The notes: a model not told the origin generated them from the letters alone. 34,154 nt of DNA from Candidatus Limnocylindrales bacterium (GCA_036520795.1 DATDJA010000089.1:1-34154); one strand, 5' to 3'; shown: positions 1 through 8,757, counted from the first letter of the stretch. Numbers and translations are program-made.

Positions 1-503
1 GCCGGCTTGGCCGCCGCGACGAGCGCGTCGAGGCGCTGGGCGTCGATCGCCTTCGGGTCGGGGACCGTCACCCGGACGACCACCATCGGGTCCGCCGTCC
101 CGGGCAGGTCGCCGCCCGGGTCGACCGACCACCCCGTCGCGCCGTTTTCCACGATCTCCACCGAACCACCGGTCTGGATCTCGACCTGGCCCGCCAGCCC
201 GGCCGCGGTTCCCCGCAGCCGGTAGAGCTCGACCGCCCGCGCCACGATGGCCCGCCGCCGATCCTCCTCCCAGCCCTCGTCGAGGGCGATCCCAACCCAG
301 CCGGCGAGCCACGGCAGGAAATCGACCGGCGTGAGCGACGGGTCCAGGTACGAGTCGAAGTTGTCGATCGTGCTGAACACGGGTGCCAGCACGGCGTCGA
401 AGCCTTCGAGCATCCGCTGGACCAGGTCGTCGTCCTGGTACAGGGCGGGCAGCGACGGTCCCAGCGGGTGCGGGTTGACGAGCCGGGGGACGAATCCGCG
501 CAT
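1..503 (-). CDS. Phage tail protein I-like baseplate protein (Afp12/gpI-like), 3' end cut by window edge
   Basis: Absent from the ORF track because it has no stop in the window. Reverse-complement reading from ATG 503..501 stays open to position 1: MRGFVPRLVNPHPLGPSLPALYQDDDLVQRMLEGFDAVLAPVFSTIDNFDSYLDPSLTPVDFLPWLAGWVGIALDEGWEEDRRRAIVARAVELYRLRGTAAGL... This shows the P2 gpI-type signatures (DP..TP..FLPWLA.W.G and LYR.RGT). The ATG overlaps the upstream TGA by 1 nt (TGATG). Third codon positions are strongly G/C. Confidence 0.8.
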   Translation of the reverse strand, partial: MRGFVPRLVNPHPLGPSLPALYQDDDLVQRMLEGFDAVLAPVFSTIDNFDSYLDPSLTPVDFLPWLAGWVGIALDEGWEEDRRRAIVARAVELYRLRGTAAGLAGQVEIQTGGSVEIVENGATGWSVDPGGDLPGTADPMVVVRVTVPDPKAIDAQRLDALVAAAKP

Positions 504-2449
504 CAGGCGCCCTCGACCAGCACCTGGTGCTCGTAGCTGAACACGAGCGCATGAGCCTCGAGCTCGAGCCGCTGCGTCTGCTGGCCACGCTGGCCGGTCA
601 CCGGGTCCGCCCCGAACAGGCGGGCGTCCTCGACCAGCTCCGTCCCGCGGATACCCTGGAGGACCGAGTAGACCTCGCCGGCGTTGATCGGCCGTCCGAA
701 CGGCCAGCCCGTCCCGTCGGGCCCGCCGGTGATCGGGTGGAAGTACTCGTACAGCGCGCGCAGGGCGTCCTCCTGCAGCGTCTCCGGCTTGACCCGGCTG
801 CGTGACCGGAGCTTGGCCACCACCGTGATGCCGCGGTACACCGGCGGCTCGACGATGGCCCGGGTGCCGATCACCCGGCTCTCCTCGAGGCGGTCGGTGA
901 TCTTCTGGAGGGTGTCCGGATTGGGCACGAGCTGGTCGAACCGCAGCCTGCCGTCATCCGCGACCGCGGACGGCACGATGAGGACGCGCACGGACCCGGC
1001 GTCCGTTCCGTCGCCGGCCGCAACGGCGCGCACGCGGGCGACCTCGGGCGCCGCCTCGCGGGCCAGCTGCTCGTAGTCCTCCGTGGTCACGGCGCGACCC
1101 CTGGCCCGCAGCCGGATCGGTCCGCGGACCTTGGCGTTCTCGACGTCCTCGCCCTCGACCCCGCCGCGCGCGGGCTTGCGGTTCTCGACGCGCGACACGA
1201 ACGGAATGGACGACTTGAGCACGGTGATGGCGCGGGTGGAGACGTTGCCCTTGCGCCCGCCGCCGACGCGGTACTCGCGCAGCCGGAGATGGGCGCCCTT
1301 GGCGGGCACCGCGCCGTAGCGTCGCAGCGCGCCGTCGGCGAGCCGCACCGCCGGGCCGAACCGGACCTCGCCCGACGACAGGTCGAGCGTGAAGTGCCGG
1401 TCATCGGGCCCACTGGCGGCGAAGTCGGACACGTAGGTCCACTCCTCCCAGCCCTCGTCGCCCGAGACCTCGAGGACCGGGTCCTCGTCGCCCGGGACCA
1501 CCGGGCCGCGCTTGAGGCCGAAGTGCTGGCCGGGAACGTCCTCGGAGACGCCCAGCTCCTCCTCGCGAACGAGCTCGGCGTTGACGACCTCGACGGTGCC
1601 GCCGATCGTGATCGCGTTGAGGCCCTTGATGTTCGGGGACGCGCTGTACGCCGGCTGCCCCTCGGCGAGCTCGGTGACGCGGGCCCGGAGCCAGCCGGCG
1701 CGTTGCTTGGTGATCACCGAGACGACGTGACCACGCGGGACGTGAATCACCACGTCACCGTCGCGGTTCAGGCCGCCGGTCGAGTCCGAGTCGAGCTCGC
1801 ACGGCTCCCAGTCGTCGCCCGTCCAGGCCTCCCAGGCGAGCGGCGGGTTGGTGGGATCGACGCCGACGCCGTCGATGTCGGCCTTGAAGCGCAGGCGAAC
1901 GGCGTTCGAGGGGACCGCCTCGGTGAGACCGATATACAGGGCGTCGCCGGGCGACGGCACCTTCTGGAAGCAGAAGACCTCGGAGCCCTTCTCGAGCGCG
2001 GCCATGTGGTCGCGGAGCGTCTTGCCATCGATCATCGAGCCCAGCGTCGCCAGCTCGGCCGGGACGATCCGCAGGTCTTCGATCGAGGTGAACGCGATCG
2101 CTTCGTCCGTGTCGGTCCGGACGGTGGCCACCTGGGTGCCGGTCGGGATCGTCACGACGTCCGGCTGTGGCGCGGACAGCCAGAATGTGACCGGGCTGCG
2201 GGCCGCCGTCGGCGGGTAGAGGCTGACGCCGATGAGCTCGAGGAACTTGACGTAGTTCCGGTCCGGGACGCGGTTCAGGCGATAGACGACCTGCTCGGTC
2301 ATCCAGGCGAACAGCTCGATCAACGTCACGCCCGGGTCAGAGACGTTGTGATCGGTCCACTCGGGGCAGCGCTGCTGAACCTGGCGCTTGGCATCGTCGA
2401 CGAGGTCCTGGAAGCGGCGATCGTCGAGGTTGGGAACCGGCAGGGCCAT
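503..2449 (-). CDS. Baseplate J-like protein (Afp11 / gp6 / gpJ family)
   Basis: 648 aa. The N-terminus MALPVPNLDDRRFQDLVDDAKRQVQQRCPEWTDHNVSDPGVTLIELFAWMTEQVVYRLNRVPDRNYVKFLELIG is the typical start of CIS/phage baseplate assembly proteins. It sits between gp25 and the tail protein I gene. Confidence 0.9.
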   Translation of the reverse strand: MALPVPNLDDRRFQDLVDDAKRQVQQRCPEWTDHNVSDPGVTLIELFAWMTEQVVYRLNRVPDRNYVKFLELIGVSLYPPTAARSPVTFWLSAPQPDVVTIPTGTQVATVRTDTDEAIAFTSIEDLRIVPAELATLGSMIDGKTLRDHMAALEKGSEVFCFQKVPSPGDALYIGLTEAVPSNAVRLRFKADIDGVGVDPTNPPLAWEAWTGDDWEPCELDSDSTGGLNRDGDVVIHVPRGHVVSVITKQRAGWLRARVTELAEGQPAYSASPNIKGLNAITIGGTVEVVNAELVREEELGVSEDVPGQHFGLKRGPVVPGDEDPVLEVSGDEGWEEWTYVSDFAASGPDDRHFTLDLSSGEVRFGPAVRLADGALRRYGAVPAKGAHLRLREYRVGGGRKGNVSTRAITVLKSSIPFVSRVENRKPARGGVEGEDVENAKVRGPIRLRARGRAVTTEDYEQLAREAAPEVARVRAVAAGDGTDAGSVRVLIVPSAVADDGRLRFDQLVPNPDTLQKITDRLEESRVIGTRAIVEPPVYRGITVVAKLRSRSRVKPETLQEDALRALYEYFHPITGGPDGTGWPFGRPINAGEVYSVLQGIRGTELVEDARLFGADPVTGQRGQQTQRLELEAHALVFSYEHQVLVEGA

Positions 2450-2451
2450 GG

Positions 2452-2850
2452 TCAGTCTCCTCCCGGGATCACGTAGAACGGGAATACGAGGTTGCGGCGG
2501 TCGTTGGTCCGCCGGATGGCGTAGCGGATGTCGATGTACATCACCGTCGGGTCACGCGAGTCGAAGCTCACGCCCACGTCGTCGACGTCGATCCGGGGCT
2601 CCCAGCGGGCCAGCGCGTCCTTGACGTCGGCGGCGATCGCGGCCGCGGTCGCGCCATCGGCCGAGGCGAACACGTACTCGTGGATCCGGCAGCCGAACTC
2701 CGGGCGCATCGGGCGCTCGCCGGGCGCTGTCCCCAGCACCAGCCGGATGGCCTCCTCGATCTCGCGTTCGCGCGTGACCAGCGCGATCCCGCCGGTCGCG
2801 TCTGTCCGCAGCGGGAACGCCCAGCCTCGTCCGATGAACTCGTCGCTCAC
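2452..2850 (-). CDS. GPW/gp25-family baseplate wedge protein (Afp9-like)
   Basis: 132 aa. IGRGWAFPLRTDATGGIALVTREREIEEAIRLVLGTAPGERPMRPEFGCRIHEYVF is the classic gp25 lysozyme-like motif. GTG start preceded by AGGAGAAAC. The stop lies 2 nt from the next start. Confidence 0.92.
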   Translation of the reverse strand: MSDEFIGRGWAFPLRTDATGGIALVTREREIEEAIRLVLGTAPGERPMRPEFGCRIHEYVFASADGATAAAIAADVKDALARWEPRIDVDDVGVSFDSRDPTVMYIDIRYAIRRTNDRRNLVFPFYVIPGGD

Positions 2851-2861
2851 GCGCGTTTCTC

Positions 2862-4523
2862 CTAGTTGATGGCGACGGTCGCGCCCTTGATCGTCATCTG
2901 ACCCGTGGCCTCGAGCTTCATCGAGCCGCCGGCCTTGATCTCCACGTCCTGCTTGACGTCGATCGTCAACTTGCCCTCGGTCTCGATCTTGATCTGCTTG
3001 TTCATGTCGTCGAGCGTGATCGTCACGGCGCCGCCCTGGGTCACCAGCTCGATCGAGGAGTCGCTGCTGCTCTCCCGGAAGCTGATCTTGTGGCCGGTGC
3101 GCGACTTGAACCCGCGATACGTGACGGAGCCGGCGTCGAGGTCAGATCCATAGTCGAACGGGATCGTGTCCTTGCCGTTCCACAGCCCACCGACCACGAT
3201 CGGCCGGCTGAGATCGCCAAGCTCGAACGCGACGAGCACCTCATCGCCGACCTCGGGCATCCAGACCACGCCCGAGTCCTTGCCGGCGCCGGGAGCGGCG
3301 ATCCTCGCCCAGTCCGAGACGGCGTCGGCGGACAGCCACGGGAGGGACACTCGCACGCGCCCTGCCTGCTCGGGATCGTCGTTGTCGCTGACGATGGCGA
3401 CGGCGACGCCGTTGATCCGGTCGGCGGCGCCACCGTGCGACAGCAGGCCGTGGAGCGATCGGTCCTGGCGCCCCGTGAACTCGAGCGACGTGCGGTACAT
3501 GCCGTCGCCGAACTCGTGGCGCGACCCGGAGACGACCCATTTCCCGGCCAGCGCCGGGTCGACCCCGCCGATGCTGACCGCGACCCCGGCCTTGAGGTCC
3601 GGCGACCCGGCAGCGACCGCGGTCGCCTCGAAGGCCGCCGACCCGATCTGCTCGGCGCGGGCCGTCGCAAGCTGGTCGGCCGCCTGCTGGTTGTTGACGC
3701 CGTGATCGACGACGACCAGCGTCTGGCCACCGATCTTGCCGGCCAGGTCCCCGGGCGTCGTCGGCAGCTCCGCGTTGGTCGCCGTCGCCTCGGCCGTCCC
3801 GATGACCTCCTGCTTGTTCTTCGGGTCCCAGCCGCGGACCTCCACCTTGCTGACCTGCGCCACCGCGCTCAAGCGCGCCCGGAAGTCGAGCAGGTTGTCG
3901 CCCCATACGAGCTCGGTCGCGCTCGCGCTGGTCCCGGTCGCCTCGGCCGGCGCGCTCGAGGACTCGACCGGCTTCTTGAACAGCAGCTTCTCCCCGTCGA
4001 CCCGGCAGTCGTAGCCGATCTGGCGCGCGAGGCCGTACAGGAAGTCGAGGTCGGACTGGTTGATCTGGAAGACGTGGTCGAACGTCCCCTCGGACTCGTC
4101 GACGTCGGCGGTCAGGCTCGCGGCGCCGGCGACCTGGGACGCGATGTCCGAGTACTTCGTGTTCAGGTAGGTCGCGGTCTTGCGCCCGGCCGCCAACCGG
4201 TGCGAGCGGTCGTAGCCACGGACGACGGCGAGCGTGCCGTGGGACCCGTACTCGCTCTCGATCGACGTCACCTCGGCGTCGATGAGCGCCTTGGGCATGT
4301 CCTCGTTCGCCGACGTCGTCGAGATCTTGACCTTGGTGCCGACCTCGAGCCCGGCCCGCCCGAGGACGTCCTTGCCCGGATCCCGGAACACGAGCGCGAA
4401 CATGTCCGGCATCGCCAGGCGGTCGACGACGGTCGCGCTCTCGAGCTGGCCGTCGATGTCGTCCGCTAGCTTCGACCCATCGATCTCGATGAGGCGGCCG
4501 ATGGAGACCTCGGGATCGGGCAT
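2862..4523 (-). CDS. VgrG-like spike / late control gpD-gpV fusion (Afp8-like)
   Basis: 553 aa. The N-terminal part is gpD-like. The central OB-fold segment is GVAVAIVSDNDDPEQAGRVRVSLPWLSADAVSDWARIAAPGAGKDSGVVWMPEVGDEVLVAFELGDLSRPIVVGGLWNG. The C-terminus is a beta-helix-like repeat (IKIETEGKLTIDVKQDVEIKAGGSMKLEATGQMTIKG). Confidence 0.9.
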   Translation of the reverse strand: MPDPEVSIGRLIEIDGSKLADDIDGQLESATVVDRLAMPDMFALVFRDPGKDVLGRAGLEVGTKVKISTTSANEDMPKALIDAEVTSIESEYGSHGTLAVVRGYDRSHRLAAGRKTATYLNTKYSDIASQVAGAASLTADVDESEGTFDHVFQINQSDLDFLYGLARQIGYDCRVDGEKLLFKKPVESSSAPAEATGTSASATELVWGDNLLDFRARLSAVAQVSKVEVRGWDPKNKQEVIGTAEATATNAELPTTPGDLAGKIGGQTLVVVDHGVNNQQAADQLATARAEQIGSAAFEATAVAAGSPDLKAGVAVSIGGVDPALAGKWVVSGSRHEFGDGMYRTSLEFTGRQDRSLHGLLSHGGAADRINGVAVAIVSDNDDPEQAGRVRVSLPWLSADAVSDWARIAAPGAGKDSGVVWMPEVGDEVLVAFELGDLSRPIVVGGLWNGKDTIPFDYGSDLDAGSVTYRGFKSRTGHKISFRESSSDSSIELVTQGGAVTITLDDMNKQIKIETEGKLTIDVKQDVEIKAGGSMKLEATGQMTIKGATVAIN

Positions 4524-4531
4524 GGCGTGAT

Positions 4532-5269
4532 TCAGGCGCCACGCGTCGCGTCGGCGACGCTAGGGATGAGCAGGATCGTGCCCGCCGGCAGGCGCATCGG
4601 GTCGTCGATGTCGTTGAGCTCGGCGATCGAGCGCCAATAGGTGGGCTTGCCGAGCTCGCGGTAGGCGACGGACTGGAGCGTGTCGCCGTCGATCACCTGG
4701 TGCACGCGCCGGCTGTTCACGGCGTGCGACGTGGGGTTGGTGCCGGTCGCCGGATCGGACTGGGCGGTGATGGTGATGGCGACCTCGGCCCGCACGGGCG
4801 TGCCGTCCATGCGGAACAGCGTGTACTTGACCGTCGCCTGGGTCAGGAACCCGATGAGCTTGTCGAGCTGCGGGTTGCCGCCCCACTTGAACTGGACCAT
4901 CGGCGGGCAGTGGCGGCCGTCCGAGCCCGACGACTTGGTCGGCTTCATCCAGGACAACAGCGTCGTGATCTTGGGCGTCACGTCGCCCTTGGCCTCGGAG
5001 AAGGCGTCGAAGAACAGGTTCGTCGTGAACGACATCGCCCCGGTGCCGCCGTACTGCTGCTGGCCGCCCTCACGGCTGGGCGTCGTGGCGCTCGGGACTG
5101 ACACCTGTTGGGACAGCGTGTAGTCGGTCGGATTGAACGAGCACTCGATCTCGTGCGGGCCGTCGGGCATGTTCTTGCCCACGCACACGAGCTTGGCCTT
5201 GTTGCCCTTGATCAGCCCGAGGGCCTGTCCGACCGCCGATGCCGCCGATCCGACCGCGTCCATCACCAT
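4532..5269 (-). CDS. CIS tube-initiator protein with C-terminal LysM domain (Afp7/Pvc7-like)
   Basis: 245 aa. The tube-fold N-terminal part includes IECSFNPTDYTLSQ and CPPMVQFKWGG...YTLFRMDGTPVRAEV. The C-terminal LysM is HQVIDGDTLQSVAYRELGKPTYWRSIAELNDIDDPMRLPAGTILLIPS. Confidence 0.85.
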   Translation of the reverse strand: MVMDAVGSAASAVGQALGLIKGNKAKLVCVGKNMPDGPHEIECSFNPTDYTLSQQVSVPSATTPSREGGQQQYGGTGAMSFTTNLFFDAFSEAKGDVTPKITTLLSWMKPTKSSGSDGRHCPPMVQFKWGGNPQLDKLIGFLTQATVKYTLFRMDGTPVRAEVAITITAQSDPATGTNPTSHAVNSRRVHQVIDGDTLQSVAYRELGKPTYWRSIAELNDIDDPMRLPAGTILLIPSVADATRGA

Positions 5270-5278
5270 GGCCGGCCC

Positions 5279-5764
5279 CTAGAACCCCACGCTCACGTTG
5301 GCCGACATGGACATCGCGCCAGCCAGCAGCCCGCCGAGTGCGCCGAGCCCGATGATCTCCTGGTACGTGACCTCGAGCGTCTCGGTCGCGACGTTGTTGC
5401 TCATGATGTCGAGGCTGGGCCCGCTCCACTTCACGGGCACCACGCCGGCCAGGTTCCAGGTGGTGATGTCGTCGCCGGCCATGGTCATCGCGGTGATCGA
5501 CATCGTCTGGGGGATGACCTTGATCATGTTGCTCTGGAGCCAGAGCATCAGAAGCTCGGACGTCGAGTCGACCGGCCGGCTCAGGCGCAGGTTCGTGTAC
5601 TTGCACGGCCCGAGGACCTTGTGCGTGTACCCGTTGACCCCGCCCTCGCGGAACTCCTTGATCTCGTACTCGAACCCCAGGCCCTCGATCTTGGTCCAGA
5701 TTCCCAGGGGGATGAAGCCGTCGATCGTGCACTTGTACGCGACGCTGACTGCCGGATCGCCCAT
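5279..5764 (-). CDS. Second tube-family protein (T4 gp19-like fold; Afp5-like)
   Basis: 161 aa. VSVAYKCTIDGFIPLGIWTKIEGLGFEYEIKEFREGGVNGYTHKVLGPCKYTNLRLSRPV is typical of CIS/phage tail tube proteins. It is a paralog of the protein at 8323..8757. Confidence 0.85.
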   Translation of the reverse strand: MGDPAVSVAYKCTIDGFIPLGIWTKIEGLGFEYEIKEFREGGVNGYTHKVLGPCKYTNLRLSRPVDSTSELLMLWLQSNMIKVIPQTMSITAMTMAGDDITTWNLAGVVPVKWSGPSLDIMSNNVATETLEVTYQEIIGLGALGGLLAGAMSMSANVSVGF

Positions 5765-5776
5765 CGGTCCTCCCTG

Positions 5777-7732
5777 CTAGAACGAATCGAACGTGAGGCC
5801 CTTGGCCTCGCGCTCGTGGATGACTTCCGCCTTGAGCTGGCCGCGGATGCGCCCGAACAGCTGCTTGGCCAGCTCGTCCAGCTCCCGGTCGGACCGGCCG
5901 GCACGCTCGGGCGTGGCGCCTGGGGCCGGGGCCTCCTCGCGCTGGACGATGGGCGTCGCGGTGAAGGTGGCGACGGGGATACCGCCGCCGGCAGACGATG
6001 TCTGGACGACTGGCGGGGCTCCGGGCGACGCAGGATCGGCGACGATCCGGGCCACGACCGGCATGGCGGCCGCGGGCGTGGGGGCCGGCGCGGGTGTCGG
6101 TGCAGCGGCGACGGTCCGCGCCAGCGAGAGTGGCGTCGATGCCGGTCGAGCAGGGGAGGCCGGCCGGGGGGCGGTCGTCGCCGGCTGGGCTGGGAGGGTC
6201 GTCGGCACCGGCCAGCCACCAGCGTCGCCGACCGTCGGCTGGCCGCCGAAGTCGGGGGCGGGGAAGACGATCTCGCGCGGCGCGGGCGTGGATGGCCGTT
6301 GCATCGCCGCGCCAGCGGGCGCGTCCTGGATCGCCGACAGCTGGACCGGCAGCACGCGATCGGCGGTCGGCGATGCCGAGAGGGAAGTCACCGTAGCGGG
6401 AAGCGCGTCGCCCGAGTCCCAGCGCGCGAGGACCGGCGCCGGGGCGTCGGCGTTGGTCGCGGCGGCGCCGGCCGTGCCCGCCGCCGGGCGATCGGGCCCG
6501 ACCGTGGCGGAGGCACCGACCGAGGGACGGAGGGGCCGGACGCCGACCGTCGGCAGGACCGTGGACGCCGAGCGGGAGACGGTTGGCGCGCCGGTGGTCG
6601 GGGTGGCCCGGGCGACCGACGTCGGTGACGCCGGGGTGGTCGGACCGGAGGTCGAGGCGTCACGCCGTTGACGGGCGACCGTGAGCACCGGAAGCGGGCG
6701 CGGGGCGATCGGCGCCGCGGGGCCGTGATCGTGGCCGCGGTGCGGGTCGGCGGCCCCCGGGGCGGCGGTTGAGGCCTCCGCCGGACCGTGGCCGCCGGAC
6801 GGCTCGGACGCTGCAGCCGGTTCGACCGGCAGGCGCTGCGCCGTGGCGCTTGCCGGCGGCACAGTGATCGGGGCGCCCAGGCCCGCGCGGCGGGGCGTGG
6901 CGCCGGCCTGACGCTGGGCGGCGGGCCGCGGCGTCTCGACGGGCAGCTCCGCGAACCGACGAATCGGCGCCTGCGCGGGTCTCGCGGGATCGGGTACGCC
7001 GGTCGGCGAGGACGCGGACGCGGGGATCCGGCCGCTCGCCTGGATGGGCAAAGCGAGGTTCGCGGGCCGCGACCCGCGGCCGGGATCCGTGGGCGAGCCG
7101 GACGCGCGCGACGAGCTCACGGGGAGCGGCGCCAGCGTCGGCGAGGCCTGGGTGAGCGGCCTCGGGCTCGGCGTGACGGTCGCGGCCGGCGTCACCGGCG
7201 AGACCGTCCGGATCGGCGGCAGGTCGAGTTCGGGCGGCGGCGTCACGGTGCGCACCTCCGCGACGACGGGCGCGTCGACCGCGCGCGCGACGACGGGCGA
7301 TCCCTCGTCGGCGGCGGCCGCCGGGCTGTCCGCGGCAGGGCTGTCGGCGGAGGGGTGTCGCTGCACCTGCCTCGTCGTCAGCGGCGCACCGGACGTCAGG
7401 CTCGGGACGGCGTGGGGGTGCGCGACGACGATGCCCGCCGGCGCGACCGGACTCGACTCGTGGCCCAGCGGGCTCACGATCGGCGGCAGCGGGGCATGGC
7501 CGGGCACGGCCGCCAGGAACGGCGCGGCGGGCGCGACCACCGGCGGCGGACCTGCCGTTCGCTGGATGGGCGGCAGCGTTCGCCAGGCTCCCGTGGGCGG
7601 GATCGGCGCGGGGACAGGCGGGGAGGCCGGCACCGCGTCGGTGACGCCGGCACCGGCGTCACCGGAGGTCGAGGACGCCCCGTCGTCGGACGCGCTGCGG
7701 CCGAACGGCCACGGCAGACGCACGGGACTCAC
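5777..7732 (-). CDS. Pro/Ala/Thr-rich 651-aa protein in the tape-measure slot (Afp14-position candidate)
   Basis: Lies between the chaperone-like pair and the second tube gene. Almost entirely low complexity (P, A, T, S, V) except the C-terminal ~45 aa, RSDRELDELAKQLFGRIRGQLKAEVIHEREAKGLTFDSF. The GTG start overlaps the upstream TGA (GTGA at 7729..7732). Confidence 0.6.
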   Translation of the reverse strand: MSPVRLPWPFGRSASDDGASSTSGDAGAGVTDAVPASPPVPAPIPPTGAWRTLPPIQRTAGPPPVVAPAAPFLAAVPGHAPLPPIVSPLGHESSPVAPAGIVVAHPHAVPSLTSGAPLTTRQVQRHPSADSPAADSPAAAADEGSPVVARAVDAPVVAEVRTVTPPPELDLPPIRTVSPVTPAATVTPSPRPLTQASPTLAPLPVSSSRASGSPTDPGRGSRPANLALPIQASGRIPASASSPTGVPDPARPAQAPIRRFAELPVETPRPAAQRQAGATPRRAGLGAPITVPPASATAQRLPVEPAAASEPSGGHGPAEASTAAPGAADPHRGHDHGPAAPIAPRPLPVLTVARQRRDASTSGPTTPASPTSVARATPTTGAPTVSRSASTVLPTVGVRPLRPSVGASATVGPDRPAAGTAGAAATNADAPAPVLARWDSGDALPATVTSLSASPTADRVLPVQLSAIQDAPAGAAMQRPSTPAPREIVFPAPDFGGQPTVGDAGGWPVPTTLPAQPATTAPRPASPARPASTPLSLARTVAAAPTPAPAPTPAAAMPVVARIVADPASPGAPPVVQTSSAGGGIPVATFTATPIVQREEAPAPGATPERAGRSDRELDELAKQLFGRIRGQLKAEVIHEREAKGLTFDSF

Positions 7733-7887
7733 TCCTCCTCGGACAGGCGCCGATTGATGCGGCCGATCTCATCCACGAACCGCAGCCGCAGCGGGTGTTC
7801 GAGGTCGAGGATGGTGTCCATCGGCCAGTGGAAGTGGTAGGCGACGTACGCGACCTCTTCAAACAGGCGGTCAGTCGCGTACGTCAC
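7729..7887 (-). CDS. Unlisted 52-codon conserved small CIS protein (second chaperone-slot ORF)
   Basis: Read by hand: (GTG)M-TYATDRLFEEVAYVAYHFHWPMDTILDLEHPLRLRFVDEIGRINRRLSEEE-TGA. 46 of 52 codons end in G/C. GTGA overlaps link it to both neighbours (7884..7887 and 7729..7732). It is probably too short for the ORF track. It resembles a short family I recall at this position in actinobacterial CIS loci, which I could not verify. Confidence 0.6.
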   Translation of the reverse strand: MTYATDRLFEEVAYVAYHFHWPMDTILDLEHPLRLRFVDEIGRINRRLSEEE

Positions 7888-8318
7888 GATTCCCCCAGGC
7901 GCTGCTCACCCGCCACGTCGACCGTGAACGCGTGATTGCACGCGGGACACGTCACCGACGCCTGCGTGTGGCCCTCCTGGTTGACGCGGCGGTAGAGGTC
8001 CTGCAGGAAGGCGAGGTCCGATGCGAACAGGCCCTCGATGACCCCGGTATGCACCTGGGGCAGCGTCCCGAGTCGGGTCACGACCCGGGACAGCAGCAGG
8101 ATCGTCAGGTAGGCCTCGTTCTCGCGGACGCGAGGATCCCGCTGGGGGATGATCTCGTCGCGCGCCGTCGCGAGGCGCATGACGCCGTCGCGATGGACGG
8201 TGCCGGACCCGTCGACGAAGCCGCGCGGCAGCACGAACGCGTATTCCGTCCGGAGGGCGTCGGACGCGTTCGTGCCAAGGCGCTCGGCACCGAGCTCGGG
8301 CAGGAGTGCGGTGGTCAT
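7884..8318 (-). CDS. Tail assembly chaperone-like protein (P2 gpE-position)
   Basis: 144 aa, directly downstream of the tube gene. YAFVLPRGFVDGSGTVHRDGVMRLATARDEIIPQ resembles gpE/gp41/gp14-type chaperones. A CPACNH motif lies near the C-terminus. Confidence 0.55.
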   Translation of the reverse strand: MTTALLPELGAERLGTNASDALRTEYAFVLPRGFVDGSGTVHRDGVMRLATARDEIIPQRDPRVRENEAYLTILLLSRVVTRLGTLPQVHTGVIEGLFASDLAFLQDLYRRVNQEGHTQASVTCPACNHAFTVDVAGEQRLGES

Positions 8319-8322
8319 CGAC

Positions 8323-8757
8323 CTAGCCCTTGACGAGCGTCTCGCAGGCCAGGGTCGCCTCCTCGATCTGGACGCCGCTGGTCGTGGCGCCGCCCTCGGA
8401 GAGGCTGATCTTGGACACCATCGCGTTGGTGAAGTTGTAGCGCAGGATCTCCTCGCCGATGGTGTTCATGAGGATCACCGAGCCGTTGCGACGGTCCGGG
8501 TTCCCCTGCATGACGGCGGTGTGCCAGTCCCAGATCTCGGTCGCCCCGGTCAGGCCCCGCTTGAGGGTGACCGTCGGGGTCTTCGGCTTGCCCGGGAGCT
8601 TGCCGATGGTGACCTTGCCCTGGTCGTTGACGAACGGGTTGTCGACGATCTCCACCTCGCTCGAGACGCCCGAGACCGAGGTGAAGTTGGCGACGACGCC
8701 GACGCCGTCGATGTCCAGCAGGACGTTGCCTTGCAGCAGCGGATCAGTCGTGGGCAT
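8323..8757 (-). CDS. Major inner tube protein (Afp1/Pvc1-like, gp19 fold)
   Basis: 144 aa. VLLDIDGVGVVANFTSVSGVSSEVEIVDNPFVNDQGKVTIGKLPGKPKTPTVTLKRGLTG...WDWH. GGAGG lies upstream of the ATG. The gene is immediately downstream of the sheath gene. Confidence 0.9.
   Translation of the reverse strand: MPTTDPLLQGNVLLDIDGVGVVANFTSVSGVSSEVEIVDNPFVNDQGKVTIGKLPGKPKTPTVTLKRGLTGATEIWDWHTAVMQGNPDRRNGSVILMNTIGEEILRYNFTNAMVSKISLSEGGATTSGVQIEEATLACETLVKG

Noticed and set aside
1289-2476. Long ORFs antisense to, or out of frame with, the called genes. Examples: 1289..2476(+), 3090..4469(+), 3241..4542(-), 5108..6628(+), 6788..7840(+), 10077..11204(-), 11686..13065(-), 14842..16605(+), 16909..18735(-), 17408..19003(-), 21885..23477(-), 22544..24028(-), 24934..26481(-), 26625..27833(-), 29459..31276(+), 29967..31697(-), 32256..33857(-).
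   Set aside because: These are typical shadow ORFs of a >70% GC genome, where stop codons are rare in all frames. Their products are dominated by R, G, A, P and D with no motifs, while the overlapping frame on the other strand or phase carries clear family signatures and G/C-rich third positions.
2850-2862. I looked for a PAAR-type small gene around the spike gene (2850..2862 and 4523..4532).
   Set aside because: The gaps are only 11 and 8 nt, and no small Gly/Pro-rich ORF is present on either side. Absence within this window is noted, but a PAAR gene could be elsewhere.
2900-3100. Local GC dips (about 55-65% by hand count of a few 60-nt lines) in the spike beta-helix region and in the annexin-protease gene (about 15350..15500), as possible signs of recent horizontal transfer.
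   Set aside because: The dips coincide with K/I/N/T-rich protein segments, so they are explained by amino-acid content. I cannot compute window statistics reliably by eye, so no transfer claim is made.
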